Part shown: positions 13,156 to 26,719 of the stretch, piece after piece
How positions within the stretch are numbered: position 1 is the stretch's first letter
Layout of the letters: each line of letters opens with the position of its first letter
NCBI GenBank assembly: GCA_013265495.1
Contig: MU058037.1
Span: forward strand, 1,055,498 to 1,119,497
Source: Vicugna vicugna
Taxonomy: Eukaryota
DNA: 64,000 nucleotides
Direction of reading: 5' to 3'
The notes under the pieces: model-generated
The model's database searches: none
Seen by the model: only the letters and a program-made list of their open reading frames with translations
What the model was told of the DNA's origin: nothing
Made by a program: the position numbers and the translations under genes

Positions 13156-13788
13156 TGGTGGGTAGAATTATGGCCCCCACAAAAGATGTCCACGTCCTAA
13201 TCCCTGGATCCAGTCAACACGTTATGTTACATGGCAGAAAGGACTTTGCGGATATAATTAAGGTCAAGGAGCTTAAAATAGGGAGATTATTCTGGATTAT
13301 CCCAGATGGGCCCAATCTAATCACATGAGTCCTTAAAAGCAGAGAACCTGCTCTGACTGGAATCCCAGAGATGCAACGGAGGACAAAGTCAAAAGAGATA
13401 CTGCAGGATGTGAAGTCAGAGATTCAGGGGTGAGAAGGATTCAACATGTTGTCGCTGGCTCTGAGATGTAGGGGCCATGTGCAAGGACCAGAAAGAGTCC
13501 CCGAGGATCCAAGGAAGGAAATAGGGACCTCCGTTCTATAACCATAAGGAACTGGGCCAACATTTGAATGAGACTGGAAGAGGATTCTTCCCAGAGGCTA
13601 CTGCTAAGAGTCCAGCCAGCTGACACCTGACACCTTGATCTCAGCCTTATGAAATCTGGAGCTCAGAAAACAGCCAAGCCATCCCATATTTGTGACCTAC
13701 AGAATTGTGACAGAATACAATTGTGTTGTTTTGAGTTGCTAATAATGTTGTCGTAATTCATTACAGCAGCAACATAAAATTAATACAC
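13156..13788 (+). mobile_element. MLT1D/E-like MaLR solo LTR
   Basis: agaattatggccccc..aaagatgtccacgtcctaatccctgga start; acagcagcaa..aaattaataca end. Confidence 0.85.
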
Positions 13789-13967
13789 AATGAACCCAGA
13801 ATTGGTTGTCTGCTCTTTGGGTCAAGAGGAGAGAATCCAGGTGCCTCTCAACTTGGCTTCTTAATGGCATTGGACTGAGCTACAATATGCACATAAGATG
13901 ATGTGTATTCCTGGAGCTCATCCCATCTCTCCCAACTCCCCTCCCTTTAGCAAAGAATAAACTTTCA

Positions 13968-14052
13968 TCTTTTTATTTTTTAATGGAGGCACTGGGGATT
14001 GAACCCAGGACCTCCTGCATGCTAAACCATACCATTGAGCTCTATTCTCCTA
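13968..14052 (-). mobile_element. Vic-1-like tRNA-Ala-derived SINE with perfect 17-bp TSD
   Basis: ctggggattgaacccaggacctcctgcatgctaa; TSD caaagaataaactttca at 13951-13967 and 14053-14069. Confidence 0.88.
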
Positions 14053-14317
14053 CAAAGAATAAACTTTCAAAACATTAGAGTAAGAGCCATGTAGGAACAA
14101 TGTTTCTAACTGCTGATGGACAAAGACAGACAAAACAAAGAAATCAAAAAACCAGATGGGGCCTAATGGGGCCTCTGAAGCTTCAGCAAGAATTCCTAAA
14201 ACATCTCCTATCAGACTCAGGATCTCACCTTTCCTGACTTCCCGGAGCTCCTGCTGACTCCAGGACATGCTTGGAGCCCTGATTATACCCTGATATTAAG
14301 TAACTGCACTAATGGAG

Positions 14318-14402
14318 CCTACCAGTTGCGGATGCTATTATTTCTTCTGATTGGTCAGTATCCACACCAAGCCAGCTGTTAAATATTTTGTATATCTCCC
14401 TG
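14318..14402 (-). mobile_element. Arthur1-like hAT-Tip100 fragment
   Basis: ttctgattggtcagt...gctgttaaatattttg...ccctg. Confidence 0.5.
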
Positions 14403-14504
14403 ATTATATCCAAGTTTATTATATATTTAGTTTTACTATTCTCTAATGTAAGGCCATATGTACTGGTTTAGTAAGTGTTTGCAATTTCTTTTTTTTGCAC
14501 TTGT

Positions 14505-14995
14505 TCCATTAAGAAGTAGACTCTAAATTCCTCCCTTCTCGATTATGGGCTAGCCTTGGTGACTCACTTCTAAAGCATGAAATGCAGTGGAAATGACACC
14601 ACATGACTGCCAATGCTATGCAATGAAAGGCAATACAACCTCCCCCTTGTGCATACACACGGGCCTCCTTCCTTCTCTCTCTTTCAGGAAACTTGCCCTT
14701 TAAAGTTTCGTGCTCAATCAGCATGCCACAAAGAAGCCCAGTACACACGGGGGAGGGCCACAGGAGGCGCTCCAGCCAACAGGTAGCAATCAACCACTAG
14801 ACGTAAGAGAGGAAGCCTCCCACGTGACTCCAGCCCCAGCCACTACCTGACCACAACATACACACACGGCCCATGAGCAAGAACCACCCAGCCGAGCCTA
14901 GTGACAAGCAGTCATGAGAGAGAAAAATGAATAATTATTGTCACTTTAACCCTCTAAATTTTGGGATGGTTCATTATACAGCAATAGTTAACTGC
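14505..14995 (+). mobile_element. MLT1F/G-like MaLR solo LTR
   Basis: ccttggtgactcactt, ccacccagccgagcc, tacagcaatagttaac motifs. Confidence 0.75.
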
Positions 14996-17429
14996 AGCTG
15001 GCTGTCCACAGACTAAGTCCTACCCAATGGCTTGAATTTTCCCAGAAAAACGTTTTGTTTGTCCAACACAATGTTTTTTTAAAAGTACTGAAATGAAATT
15101 CCTTTAAACGAGGTGTGCAATCACTAGTTCTCCACGGTCTTCACCACGCCCTCTCATTTATACCTGTCCAGCTCATCATTTGTTAACTGATGGGCCCTGA
15201 AGGCCTTTGAATTTGCACAACTGACCTCCCAACAAGATTTTAAGTTCCTTATAGGCTAAGAGAATTGCCCAAGTGGTATGTGCTGGGCACAGTCACTGAA
15301 TCTATTTATTGCTATGTATACATGTACTTGAATAAACAAAGAGTGTCATTCAAGGGCTTTAAATTCTTTTTACTGTGTCTTCAGGGTGTTCCTGCAGTTT
15401 GTGTTTGGGGAAGTATTCAGTAGGAAGAGGTCTCATATAAATTTCAAATCCAAAAATAAATGGGGATGTATTGGACAATGTGATACATAAAAGAACCATA
15501 TAAAATGATATACATCAGGCTGAAGTTTTACATATTACTTATCAACTCAAAGATAGCCTAGGGATGGAATGGAAAAATCACAGAGTATTTATTGCTTTAT
15601 TTCGCATATTCTGTAAAGTATATCCATCCTATTCCATGCAGTAGATAATGCTTTTGCAAACAAAACTTCTGGGCAGGACCATAATTTGTACATTTGATGT
15701 ATTTTTACATATTTTTCAAAAGATGGAGAAAAATTCAGACATGTTTGTTCACAGCAGAATGATAGTGAGTTAATAGGGAGGCTGGCTTAAAATCATTTCT
15801 GTCAAAGAAAGAGGATCCTGAGGGAAAGAAATTACTTTTGACTCAAGCTGAGCAGTGAAGTAAATACTCTATTTTTAAGCAAGCTGATGAAGTGACAATT
15901 CTGAGAACTAACCCCTAAATATGTAACTTCAGGGATGACCACCCAATTAATTTCATTCTTGATGACATTTCCCATCATGTTAGAAACGTCTTAATGCACA
16001 TTAGTGCAGCTAAAATGGATTCCATGAGAATGAAAGATAAAGGGTGTTTATCTCCTATACCCACAAAGAAGCAAAATGTTATTTCAGGGCTTTGTGGAAA
16101 TATAATCATGATGTGCCGTTCAAAGTAAACCAGTGTAGTGGAGCTACTCCAGGATCATCCTCACTCGATTAACTCATGAATTTTCAGACTTGAAAGATGT
16201 CAATTAAAGTTGATGTATATCATGAAGCTAAAATTCCCAACAATGTCTTAAAAGGGCCAGCCCAAAATTTCTTCTAAAACAAATGACTATCATATCACTT
16301 TATCTTGCAAAGAGGACCTTCAATTTCTTAATGCTGCTTTTCCTGAAATAGACACAGTCTGAGGAATTAGTAGCATTGCACTGATTTTCATTCCTAGAGA
16401 ACTTTTCCAGAAACATTATCCAATTTCATGTCCTTGTGAAAGAAGTATTTGTGTTCACTGACAGAAGAAAGCAACACAAATCACACAGTTTGCTTAAGCC
16501 CATAAAGTCAGCCAGCACTTTTCCAAGGCACAAATATTAGAAATAGTCAAGGCCATTAGACTTGTACAGCCCACGAGTATGTTAGGATGATAAAAATGAC
16601 ACATTCAGGAGTTTCTCAATTAGCAACCCAGGCCTTGCTACAAGCCCAAACGAGTAATGACAGGTTGAAGTTAAAGAATATCAACTTAGAAGCATCTCCA
16701 ATATGGAAGGGTCCCTGAGAAGACCCTGAAAATTCACAAAAATACTGGTGAGAACGTTGAATGTTTTACAAGTTGCTACAACAGAGTTTGAACTTATCTG
16801 ATGTGGACCTGAAAGGGCAGGAGGATTTATGTACTACATGCAGGTGCTCACTGAGATACTGAAAACCACCTGAAGTCGTGTGATTTGAGAAGCTGGTTTC
16901 AGAACCCTAAATCCAAAATTTCTATTGAATAATTCTAGTTGAGAGTGAAACAGGAGAGATGGACTGAGAGATACTGTGGTAAAAGGAGAAAGTCAAGGAC
17001 AGTGGAGCAGATGGGTTTATACCAGCTCTCTGTCATTTCCAAACAAGTTCTACAGTCTTCTGCTTTCTTCCTTTGTATTTTTGAGTGGAGTCAGGGATAG
17101 GTAAGAGGAGTGGTTCAGCTTTAGGCCTACTCCTTAGAGTCAAACACTTTTAACTAACTTTGGAGGTGCATACTGTAAGACAGTTTGAAGGGGAGAGGGC
17201 AGGATGGCTGGATGGGAGCCACGGCTCAAAGAGAGGCGGTCATCATAGCTTAAGCCAACGGAGGGTACAGGGGCTAGAGTTTTTCCAGAGGCCAGAACAG
17301 AGCAGGGAGTTGGAAGACAGAGTAACAAGAGACCCAGGGACCATAAAAAGAGGCAGCTAAAGATCTGGAGACCAGAATATCAGCCAAGGTCAAAATGTGG
17401 ACCGTAAAAAAAAAAAAAAAAAGCAGGCC

Positions 17430-18885
17430 GTGGAAGTCAGGCTTCCAGCTATGACACTATGAAAAGGTCAACAAATCCTTTCCACAAAAACCAAGTATAA
17501 AAATGGACAAAACTGTCAACAAAAAACCACTTTAAGGCTCTGGGAACTGATCAAAGGCAAACAACAAATTGAAAAATGTTAATTTTGAAAAACTGCAATA
17601 ACCTACGAGTAAGTGAAACAGGAGTCTGTGGCCTTCTTGCCCGGGACTGTTCCCATCCCTCCCAGCTCAGTAAGTGAGAACTTATTTTGTTAGGATAGGG
17701 CTGACTAGAGAATCTGCCATTTTGCTGCCACAGGGGTGGACTCAGTTAGGTGTGGGGTGAAAACCTGCAACCCTGCCAACTAAAAGTGATACACTTGGTA
17801 GAAAACAAATGAGGAAAACCCACAGCTTTCCTAGCCTGAAGTTACAGTTATCACTGAGGAGAGTGACAGACCAGCCAGAAATTTAAAAGAGAGCTCCTAG
17901 AGCTAAGAGAGTCACAGATGAGTGAGATAAGTTCTCCATACACCTCTGGCTGACTAGGAAACTAGGTACGTGCGCAGGGAGACCCAAGAGAGCCCAGTGG
18001 CAAGTAAACTCCAAGGGTGACTGAAAAGTTCTTGTGACTTTGAATGCACTCCCAAGCCCCATGCAGATCAACGGGCAGAGGGCAAAAACCCTACAGGTCT
18101 GAAATGTTTGAGCACAAGCTCTGCCACGACCCCTGGCTGAGGACCCAGCTATGTAGACACAGGGACAATCTCTATGAAGGGAGGCTAAAAAATAAGAATT
18201 TAAAAAATAAGCAGAGACATCCATGGCCACATAGTGTAGGGGAGACAGATTCCACAGTGTAAGTCCAGGAAAGTTACTTTTTAAAAAGCCTCAGAAAAAT
18301 AAATCAGAATCCACAGCTGCTGTATTATCTAAAATGCCATTTTCAACAATGACAAAAAATGATGTTAGAAGAAAAAAATGTAAAAAAAAAAAAAGCAACT
18401 GATAAAAACTGAGTGAGTGACTGGATTTTTCAGACAAAGACTTGAAAGCAGCTATTATAAATTAGTTTAATAAAATAAACTATATTCAAACAATTAATGG
18501 AAAATATGATGACAATGACAACAAATAAAGAATTATAACAGAGAAACAGAAACTGTAAGAAAAATAAATGAAACTTCTAAAGTTGAAAAATACAGTAAAG
18601 GTGAGGGTGGGTATAGCTCAGTGGTAGAGTGCATGCTTAGCATGAACGAGGTCCCAGGTTCAATTCCCAGTATCCCCATTGAAAACATAAAAATAAACAT
18701 TTTTAAAAAGAAAAAGAAAAATACAATAAATCAAAATGAAAAATGTGTTAGACAGGTCAACAGTAAATCTGAGAATGCAGAAGAAAGAATCAGTGAATTT
18801 GAACACAGATCAATAGAAATTATGCACTCTGGAGAACAAAGAGAAAAAAACATGGAAAATTGGACCACAGCAGAACAGAAAGTAA
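17430..18885 (+). mobile_element. Ancient L1M 5'UTR/ORF1 fragment
   Basis: cagacaaagactt.aaagcagctattataaa; gcagaagaaagaatcagtgaatttgaa (ORF1-like AEERISEFE). Confidence 0.75.
18600..18715 (+). mobile_element. Vic-1-like tRNA-Ala(AGC)-derived SINE inserted in L1M
   Basis: A box tagctcagtgg, B box ggttcaattcc, A-rich tail; TSD gaaaaataca(g/a)taaa at 18585-18599 and 18716-18730. Confidence 0.9.
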
Positions 18886-18899
18886 TCTAAATCTGAGCT

Positions 18900-19072
18900 G
18901 AAGAATTTCTCAGTTGTAAGCCTCTTACTCATTTGTAAATGGGGCTAATAAATAGTACCTACACCTCACAGAATTGATGAGGATAAAATGAATTAAAAAA
19001 TGTAAGGCACTTCTTGGCACACTGTAAATATGTAATAAATTTTAGTTGCCATCATCATCATCATCATTATCA
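18900..19072 (+). mobile_element. MIR SINE
   Basis: ctcatttgtaaatggggctaataaatagtacct...gaggataaaatga. Confidence 0.75.
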
Positions 19073-19267
19073 TACATGTTTTGCTATGGAAGAAAATCAT
19101 GGCTGGCCCTAACCCCAAAAGTTCCTAAGGAAACTTCTCTAACCTGTAGAAAAAGTTACTACCAGCATGTGGGAAGAAGGCAATACATCATAACTGCTAT
19201 TGAAGGAAAATAACAAAGCTATCAATTCTCTGACCTCAACAAACATCCTCTAATTACTTCATAATCG

Positions 19268-19587
19268 AAGGCATATCTTAGAGATTGTGGGTTCAGTTCC
19301 AGACCACCATAATAATGTCAATACCACAATAATGTGAGTCATAGGAATTTTTTTGGCTTCCTAGCACATATAAAAGTTACATTTACAGTATACTGTAATC
19401 TATTAAGTTTGCAATAGCATTATGTCTAAAAAACAATGTATATACCTTAATCGAAAAATATTTTATCGCTAAAAGATGCTAACCATCATCTACAACACAG
19501 GGTTGCCACAAACCTTCATTTTCTAAAAAACACATTATCTGCGAAGTGCATTAAAGCTGAGTGCAATAAAATGAGATGCGCCTGTAT
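19268..19587. mobile_element. Tigger2a-like TcMar MITE
   Basis: aggcata..ttagaga..gggttcagttccagaccacc...aaaatgagatgcgcctg-TA. Confidence 0.8.
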
Positions 19588-20022
19588 GCAATTACTTCTA
19601 CACTTGTAATCATACTTTATTTTTTAAATATTTGCTTTTTTTAAAAAAATCTATCAGTTTCTGCCTGAGTGTGAAATTCTAAAGAAATTTGTTTCCTATA
19701 TCTATATAGATGTAAATAACAAGATCTAGAAATGATTTGAACATTTGCATCTTAATAAGCCTTGTTTTGCTATGTGTTGATGCTAGGAGTGAGGGAGCCA
19801 CAACTGGATTGAACAACTGATTCATTTAGTATCAAAAATAAGAGTTGCCAAAATATAACAGATTTTGCCAAGCCAAGATAACTGGCAAGCCAGCTACTCT
19901 GACTTGAGGGGAATTGCAAAGTTTTATCTAAAGAGACTCTACTTCCCACCAAAATATTTATCTATTTCACCTATTTCACTTTTTCATTATTTCTTTCTTG
20001 ATTTCTTTTTCTTTTCTACTCA

Positions 20023-20193
<171 letters not shown>

Positions 20194-21534
20194 TTAAGCA
20201 CCCAAACAAGTGACCAGCGGAGAAGCTAGCACTCCTCACATCATCTCTCAGCCGTCACCCATTAACACAGTATTCACAAAGCCATGAAATTTAATCTCAG
20301 TGATTTTCTTTTAAAACAAAAAGCTCAAAAATCAATATGGTCATTTCTGGATCACAGTAAAAACAAAAAACCAAAAGAAGCTCCAGCAATTTGCAATATG
20401 CTTTATTTGCTTTGTACTTGAAAAAAAACCTACTTTAACCTTTTATAAAACATATTACCTTAAGTTTGAAATTAATTTGCCCACATGAGTCCTTGATCTT
20501 TTCTAAAAATGTATATTTTATTTGTCACATAGGTCCTTCTAATAACATTCAGCTTGGTTAGCTGAAACCTCGTTTAGTTTATAGATGATGATTTAGTCTA
20601 ATGTTGAAATCCAATTTACTATAATCAGCATTTGTTCACGAAGGAAAAAATGAAAGTGATTCAGACTTATCTTCTACCCTAAGCACAATGGAGTCACTAG
20701 AATAATTTAATTATTAGTAGAAACTATCTGTTAACACTCAAAAAATGCTCTGGTCATTAAAATTAATGAAATTACAGAGGCAAATCAGATTATAGCTTGC
20801 ATGGAAAAACAGGAAGTTGATGGCTCATGACAATGTTGTCTATTAAAATAGGGAAAAAGACAACTGATCCTTGAGTTTGCCTTTTTTTTTTTTGGAGGGA
20901 GAATGGCAGACAGTTTTAACTGTATATGCACTCTGTGTACAAAACTAGCAGTACTTAACCTAAATATTGTAAATAATATCTGTGTAACAGTAAAAGCAAT
21001 GGTTTGCAGTCATCCCTAATGCTTTGGTTTTAAAATATATTACTGTGGCAAATGAAATAAGAAAAATACATATTTGAATAAGCAAATAATGAAGAGTAAT
21101 CAAATTCTTATTATCTATCATATTTTTATGAATTTAAGCCATGATCCTCTTTTAAAAGCAAAAATTACAATGTGGCAAATGAGTGTATATGAAACCCACA
21201 GGCATCACATTATAGATATGAATGAATACATACAACATAACGATTACAGACTGGACGGTGGACTACGTGTTGGCCAATGTCTGGCTCAGACTGATCTCTT
21301 CCCTAACATATCACAGGTACTCACTTTGTCTGCAGAGTAACTTTTGTTAATCATTCATCTTAGCAATCTCTGGCCTGGGGGCCAAGCCAAAATATAAAGA
21401 AAGGAGTAAAATAAAGGCACAGGGAGAAAGGCAGGAATAAAAGTATCAATTCCGGACATCCTTGGTATTCTACTTAGCCAACAAGTTACAAAGATATGAT
21501 TTATTGTTCCTCCCTCAGTCCTCTTGGGGCAGGG

Positions 21535-22005
21535 GGGATGGCTGATAAATAAATCGTGGTATAGTCACATAATGGAAAACCATACAGAAGTCTAAACAAA
21601 TAGTCTGTATGTGTGAACATGAAATAATCTCAAAACCAAAGCTGAGTAAATACGGCAAGTTGTATGTATGAGAGAATGTAAAGTTCTGTAACATGTAAAA
21701 CAATACTACATGTTGTTTATGGATACATAGCTCTGTAGCAGAAGCATAAAGAAATGCATAGGAATGAGAAACACTGAATTCAATAGAGTGTTCGTACCTA
21801 GGGAAGGACATAGGCAGGGAGGAAGGATGTTAGGTCAAGGAGGATTACACAAAGAATTTCCAATCTATCTGTTTATTCATCAAAAATGTATGTGTGCATG
21901 TACACAGCTAAGATGACAATATGTTTAATATTTGTTAAAGGCAGAGGTGTTCAAAATATGATTTTATATACTCTTCCAGTGCTTCAGATGGTTCATAATA
22001 AAAAG
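21535..22005 (+). mobile_element. L1ME-like 3' end
   Basis: gataaataaatcgtggtatagtcacataatggaa; acatgaaataatctcaaaa. Confidence 0.65.
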
Positions 22006-23948
22006 AAATACAGTCAATTGTATTTTGATAGATGTTTATACTCAGCCTCAGAAGAAACAGAGTAAGCTCCTTGCTTAAGAGGCAATCGTAACTAGCAATC
22101 CTAAGGCATTCCCAGATCACATAGTTTAAAGAGGTGTCCACTGTTCAACCCTTTTTAGCTTTTGTTCCCAAGACAGCTCTGCCAGAACCTTCAGAATGTG
22201 ACTGTAACTGAAAGAAAATTCAGATACGTTCTTGGGTTCAGAGCACTTTCCAGGAAACTCTCCCAAAGGAATTTCCTTCAAAAATACTAACTTTTTTTTG
22301 GTAATATCAATGGGGTCAAGCTGTTACTTTTAGAAGAGACTGCTAATGGTGATACTCTCCTGTTTCATTTGAAAAAAAAAAGAAGAAGAATCTTGATATT
22401 CAGGTTGTTCTACAGGCACTAAATGGAAAACCATTCAAAAATTTCAAAGAAGAAGAGTTCCAATTTAAATAAATTTGGTTCCACCACAGCCACGGAAATA
22501 ATCATGGGCAGTAAAACTCAGGGGCAAGTAATTTGACAACAGTTTATCTATGCTTAGAAGGATAAGTTTTTAATTGTTTTAATTATTAAACTGAGAATAT
22601 TTTCTATTTCTTAGCCTGGTAGAGTTGATGTAGTCCATTTATTTAATGGAAATCACAGGGACCAATTTTGACTTTCTCCTGTAAGACAGGAAGGGCCTGC
22701 CGCTGTTATTCTCGCATGACAGATGGGAAACAGAGACAGAGAGATTATGGAACATTGCAAAGTCGTAAAGTCCAAATCATTAGGCTGCTACTTCAGTGTT
22801 ATTTTCATTCGTCCTAATAAAAAAAAAGTGACAATTCAACAAAAAGAGTACAAGGAAGGAGGAGGAGAAGGTAAGAATTATGGGTGGGAAGAGCTGCAGT
22901 GATTAAATAAGTCAGAGTACAGTTTACTTAGTATCAGACAGCTGTTAAAATCCTAATGATGGCTGTGGAAGACAAGGCAAAACAATGCATCACCTGTAGA
23001 GGTCAGTATGCAAAATTATACATAAGCATCAATTATAGCTTCCCCAAAATGGAAAATAATACACTAAAACAGAAGTATGTATTACTATGTTCAAGTACAA
23101 ACATTAAGGGTGCTTTTTCATTCCTTTTCTCTACTGCCCAAATTTTCCACCATGCAATAATACTTTGATAATTTCAAAATTTTCAACAGGGCCTTGAGTG
23201 AGAAAAAATGATGAAATGCAGTAATCACCGGGAAAGTTTTACTTGTTGTAGAGACAACAAGAATGAATGCACATGAATATTTTAGAACCACTTGTAATCT
23301 TCAAAAAAAAAAAAAAGTTTAAGCTCTGAAAAGGACAATAATTGGCCCAAAAGTCTCTTGTCCTTTCAGTTACTGCTGAAAATCTAGGTCAAGTTGATAA
23401 TGACTTTCAATCATTTCCATTGCCTGACTTTTCAATTGAGTGACTTTCGGGGAATTAATTGGGGCTCTCATATCATTTCCTAAGAACAGCTGTCCAGATC
23501 ATAAAATTTAGGGAATCGTTCTCTTCTTGGAAATCCTATCCTGGATGCCAAGCACCAAATGCCACAGGCTAAATGGAAGAATAAAGCTATTATCCTCCCC
23601 ATGGTGAGGAACACCATTATAATAAGGGCATAAGAAGGAAATGTGTTCAGCTCCTCTGTAGGATCAGTAAATACAAGTTGATAAGAATCTACATAAGCCA
23701 TTAGGAAGTACAGATCTAGAACCCTTTTTAAGCTGAATCCACTTAAAGATACTCAGCTATATATCCAAATATCTCTAAGAAAGATTTTATGTTAGGCACC
23801 CAGAGAATTCTCTGAATACTTAATGGAATCTGGATTTTAGATTCATGTTTTGCTTTACTTAAATAATGAAGTAATATGCAACACTGCCATGTTTAGGTGG
23901 CTATGCCTGTAAGTAGTACGTATGTATACATATATGCATGCCTACATA

Positions 23949-24385
23949 CAGGAGTGATGTTCAAAATGTTTACCAACCTACATAGACAGTACACCATGGA
24001 AGATACACCTCACATAAGGAGACACAGAAAGGTCACTCTGAGGGAGCACCAGCTAGCACACCAAACTCAGGAACCAGATGAAACCAGGTGCCCTGTTGCC
24101 AGCACCAGGAGTAAGGGGAGATCTTGGTCTGCTCTGGCCAGTGGAACACTCGAGATGGAGGCCGGTGTGATAGGTAGGGAAGACTGGCTAGAAGGTTGGT
24201 GGGCACCAGTGCACCTCCCTCCAGTGCCCACTCTTGTCTCTCCAGGGCTGTGGTGGCCAGAGATCACTAGAGAGCTGGGGGCAAAATTTCATTTTGGTAA
24301 AAAAAAAAAAACCCACAAAATTATTTCAATATTTTAACAACCTATTTTTCTGGAGCATTCCACCTAAATATCACCTTACTCTTGC
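23949..24385. mobile_element. Possible degraded hAT-Tip100 (Arthur-like) element
   Basis: cagg.gtgatgttcaaaatgttt start and aaatatcacc end resemble Arthur-type termini. Confidence 0.35.
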
Positions 24386-24699
24386 ACAGTGGCAGCAGTA
24401 CTCCCTGTCAATTTATACACACACAAAACATACACACAGAAACACCCAAGTGTTCCACTGGCCAGAGCAGATCAAGACCCACCCCTGAGAATATTACATG
24501 GCTTCACATATTACCTATGTATCTCTATATGCATATTTATGTCTATATGTGTATGTGTATATCACTCACCAGAAACACTGATCATCCCTAAAAAATTATC
24601 CATGTCTAATTCTCCTAAGTAAATGGAGGCCAGCTGTGATTCTGATTTCAGCTTCTACTGCAATTCTCCATTGGCCTTCACAAGAATGAGTGCCTAATG

Positions 24700-25166
24700 G
24701 TGTTGATTATTTACTGTTGTCTCTCAGACACATGGCCACCCTTATACTCTGCTCTATAATGCTGGGGCTGAGAATCTGAAAACCATGTTTCTTGGGCTCC
24801 ATTGCCAGTTGGCTTCCTGTCAATAGGAGGCTCTGGGGGAAATCAGCAGGTGGCAGGAGGGTAAAGGATGCTGTGGTTGTCCCCTTTCATTTGCTCTCTC
24901 TCCTCTTTCTTCTGACAATGGCTCTGGAAGAATCTTCAGTCCCAGCTCTCCTCCAGAGTGGCAGTTCCTCCTCTGCTTTTCTAAGCAATGGTACCATGAC
25001 CTCCTCCCTTCTGAGTCCCTATACACAGGAGTGGTAACTGCTTCCTAAAAAATTGATTAATCTCTGGTTTACCTCACCTTCATGATTTTCACCTTCCAAT
25101 CTATTTCCTGTATTAAATCTCCTCTCCTTGAAACACCTAGTGTGGTCTGGCTTTCCTGGCTGATAC
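24700..25166 (+). mobile_element. LTR33-like ERVL solo LTR
   Basis: ggccaccctt..actctgctctat...attaaatctcctct..ttgaaacacctagtgtgg...ctgataca. Confidence 0.7.
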
Positions 25167-26126
25167 AGAAATCTTCCCACAATTGGTATCAAATTACTTG
25201 AGTCAATTTCCATCAAGATTCAGTAAAGGTACACTTTATACAGTTTATTTGAAAGTGATGTCTATCTTTTTAGGCTAACTAGTAGGCTTTCCTGTGTGCT
25301 ACCCGGGGGTCCACACAAAAGGCATTTCCTTTTTCCTTGTTCTTTCCAAAGACTATAGAAAGACTGCTGTTCAGAAACACTTCGCTGGGTATCGCAGTTT
25401 ACCTTATCCTCAGAAGAGAAAAAAAATTTCTAATTCTTTACATTTGCCTCTAAATTCTTTTCCATCTGCCCTTACCTACACATGAGCCCAATTTCAGTTT
25501 TCAGTCTTTCTCCTTGATCTTCTTCCAGCTCATTTCCCAACCTCTATCCTCTTTCTTTCTGCATCTGTGCCTGATGAATCACATCTTCACTTGCATCAAA
25601 TAACATAAGCTGTTTTTCATTTGTAGCAGCCTCTCATGCTCAGAGCTTGTATTACCAGAAATTTCTCATAGGCCCTACAGTAGTCCTTATCTACATGTTT
25701 CCCAAAACTGAAAACACAGTCCCATTGTGTATCAGCTATACTTCAGTCCTTCTGCTATTAACGTCAGTGACACTATTACTATCTAGCACATCAAGCATCC
25801 TTTATCTATTCTCAGGTTGGGTTTTATTAGTTTTCTCTATCAGTTTCTGAATAGAAATGTATCTTTCTTTCAAGTATTTGGATTTTTTTCACTGTCTGTT
25901 TTTTAAACTGTTAGAAACTCTTAGGGGTAATTGTGTCTGCTTTGGCAGTGAGTCAGATGGAAGCCATTTCTTCACAAAAGTGCTTAAAAAGCTTGTTATC
26001 TAACAGCTTCAAGTTCAGGCCCTGGAGAAACTAGGAAATATACCCAACACTGCATTCTGTTGGGCACCTGCTTTCTTTTCACAAAATACACTACAGTCAT
26101 TGAATTCCTAAATTTCAGGTATTCAC

Positions 26127-26696
26127 TTTTTTTTAAATTTTTTTATTGAAGTATAGTTGATATATAATATTGCATTAGTTTCTGGTCTACAGCATAGTGA
26201 CTCAGTTATACAGATACATATTCTATTTCATTATAGGTTACTACAAGATACTGAAAATAGTTTCCTGTGTTATACAGTAGAACCTTGTTGTTTATCTTTT
26301 TTACATATAGTAGTTTGTATCTGTTAATCCCAAACTCCTAATTTTTCCCGCCCTCCTCTTTGATAACCATGAGTTTGTTTTCTGTCTGTGAATCTTTTTG
26401 TTTTAGAAATAAGTTCATTTGTATCTTTTTTTTTAGATTCCACATATAAGCAATATCATAGGATATTTCTCTCTTTCTGTCTGACTTATTTCACTTAGTA
26501 TGATAATCTCTATGCCTATCCATGTTGCTGCTGCAGATGGCATGATTTCATTCTTTTTTATGGCTCAGTAGTACTCCATTGTGTGTATATATATACCCCC
26601 ATCTTCTTTATCCAATCATCTGTTGATGGATATTTAGGTTGCTTCCATGTCTTGGCTACTGTAAATAGTGCTGCTATGAACACTGGGGTGCATGTA
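26127..26696 (-). mobile_element. LINE-1 3' end (sense to PHEX)
   Basis: Poly(T) then attgaagtatagttgat; reverse-complement ORF2 C-terminus/3'UTR. Confidence 0.92.
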
Positions 26697-26719
26697 CAAA
26701 GATCTGGCTTTCAGATGAC

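Noticed and set aside
18606..18680. tRNA-Ala(AGC) gene
   Set aside because: Has stem mismatches, an A-rich tail and a TSD; it is a tRNA-derived SINE
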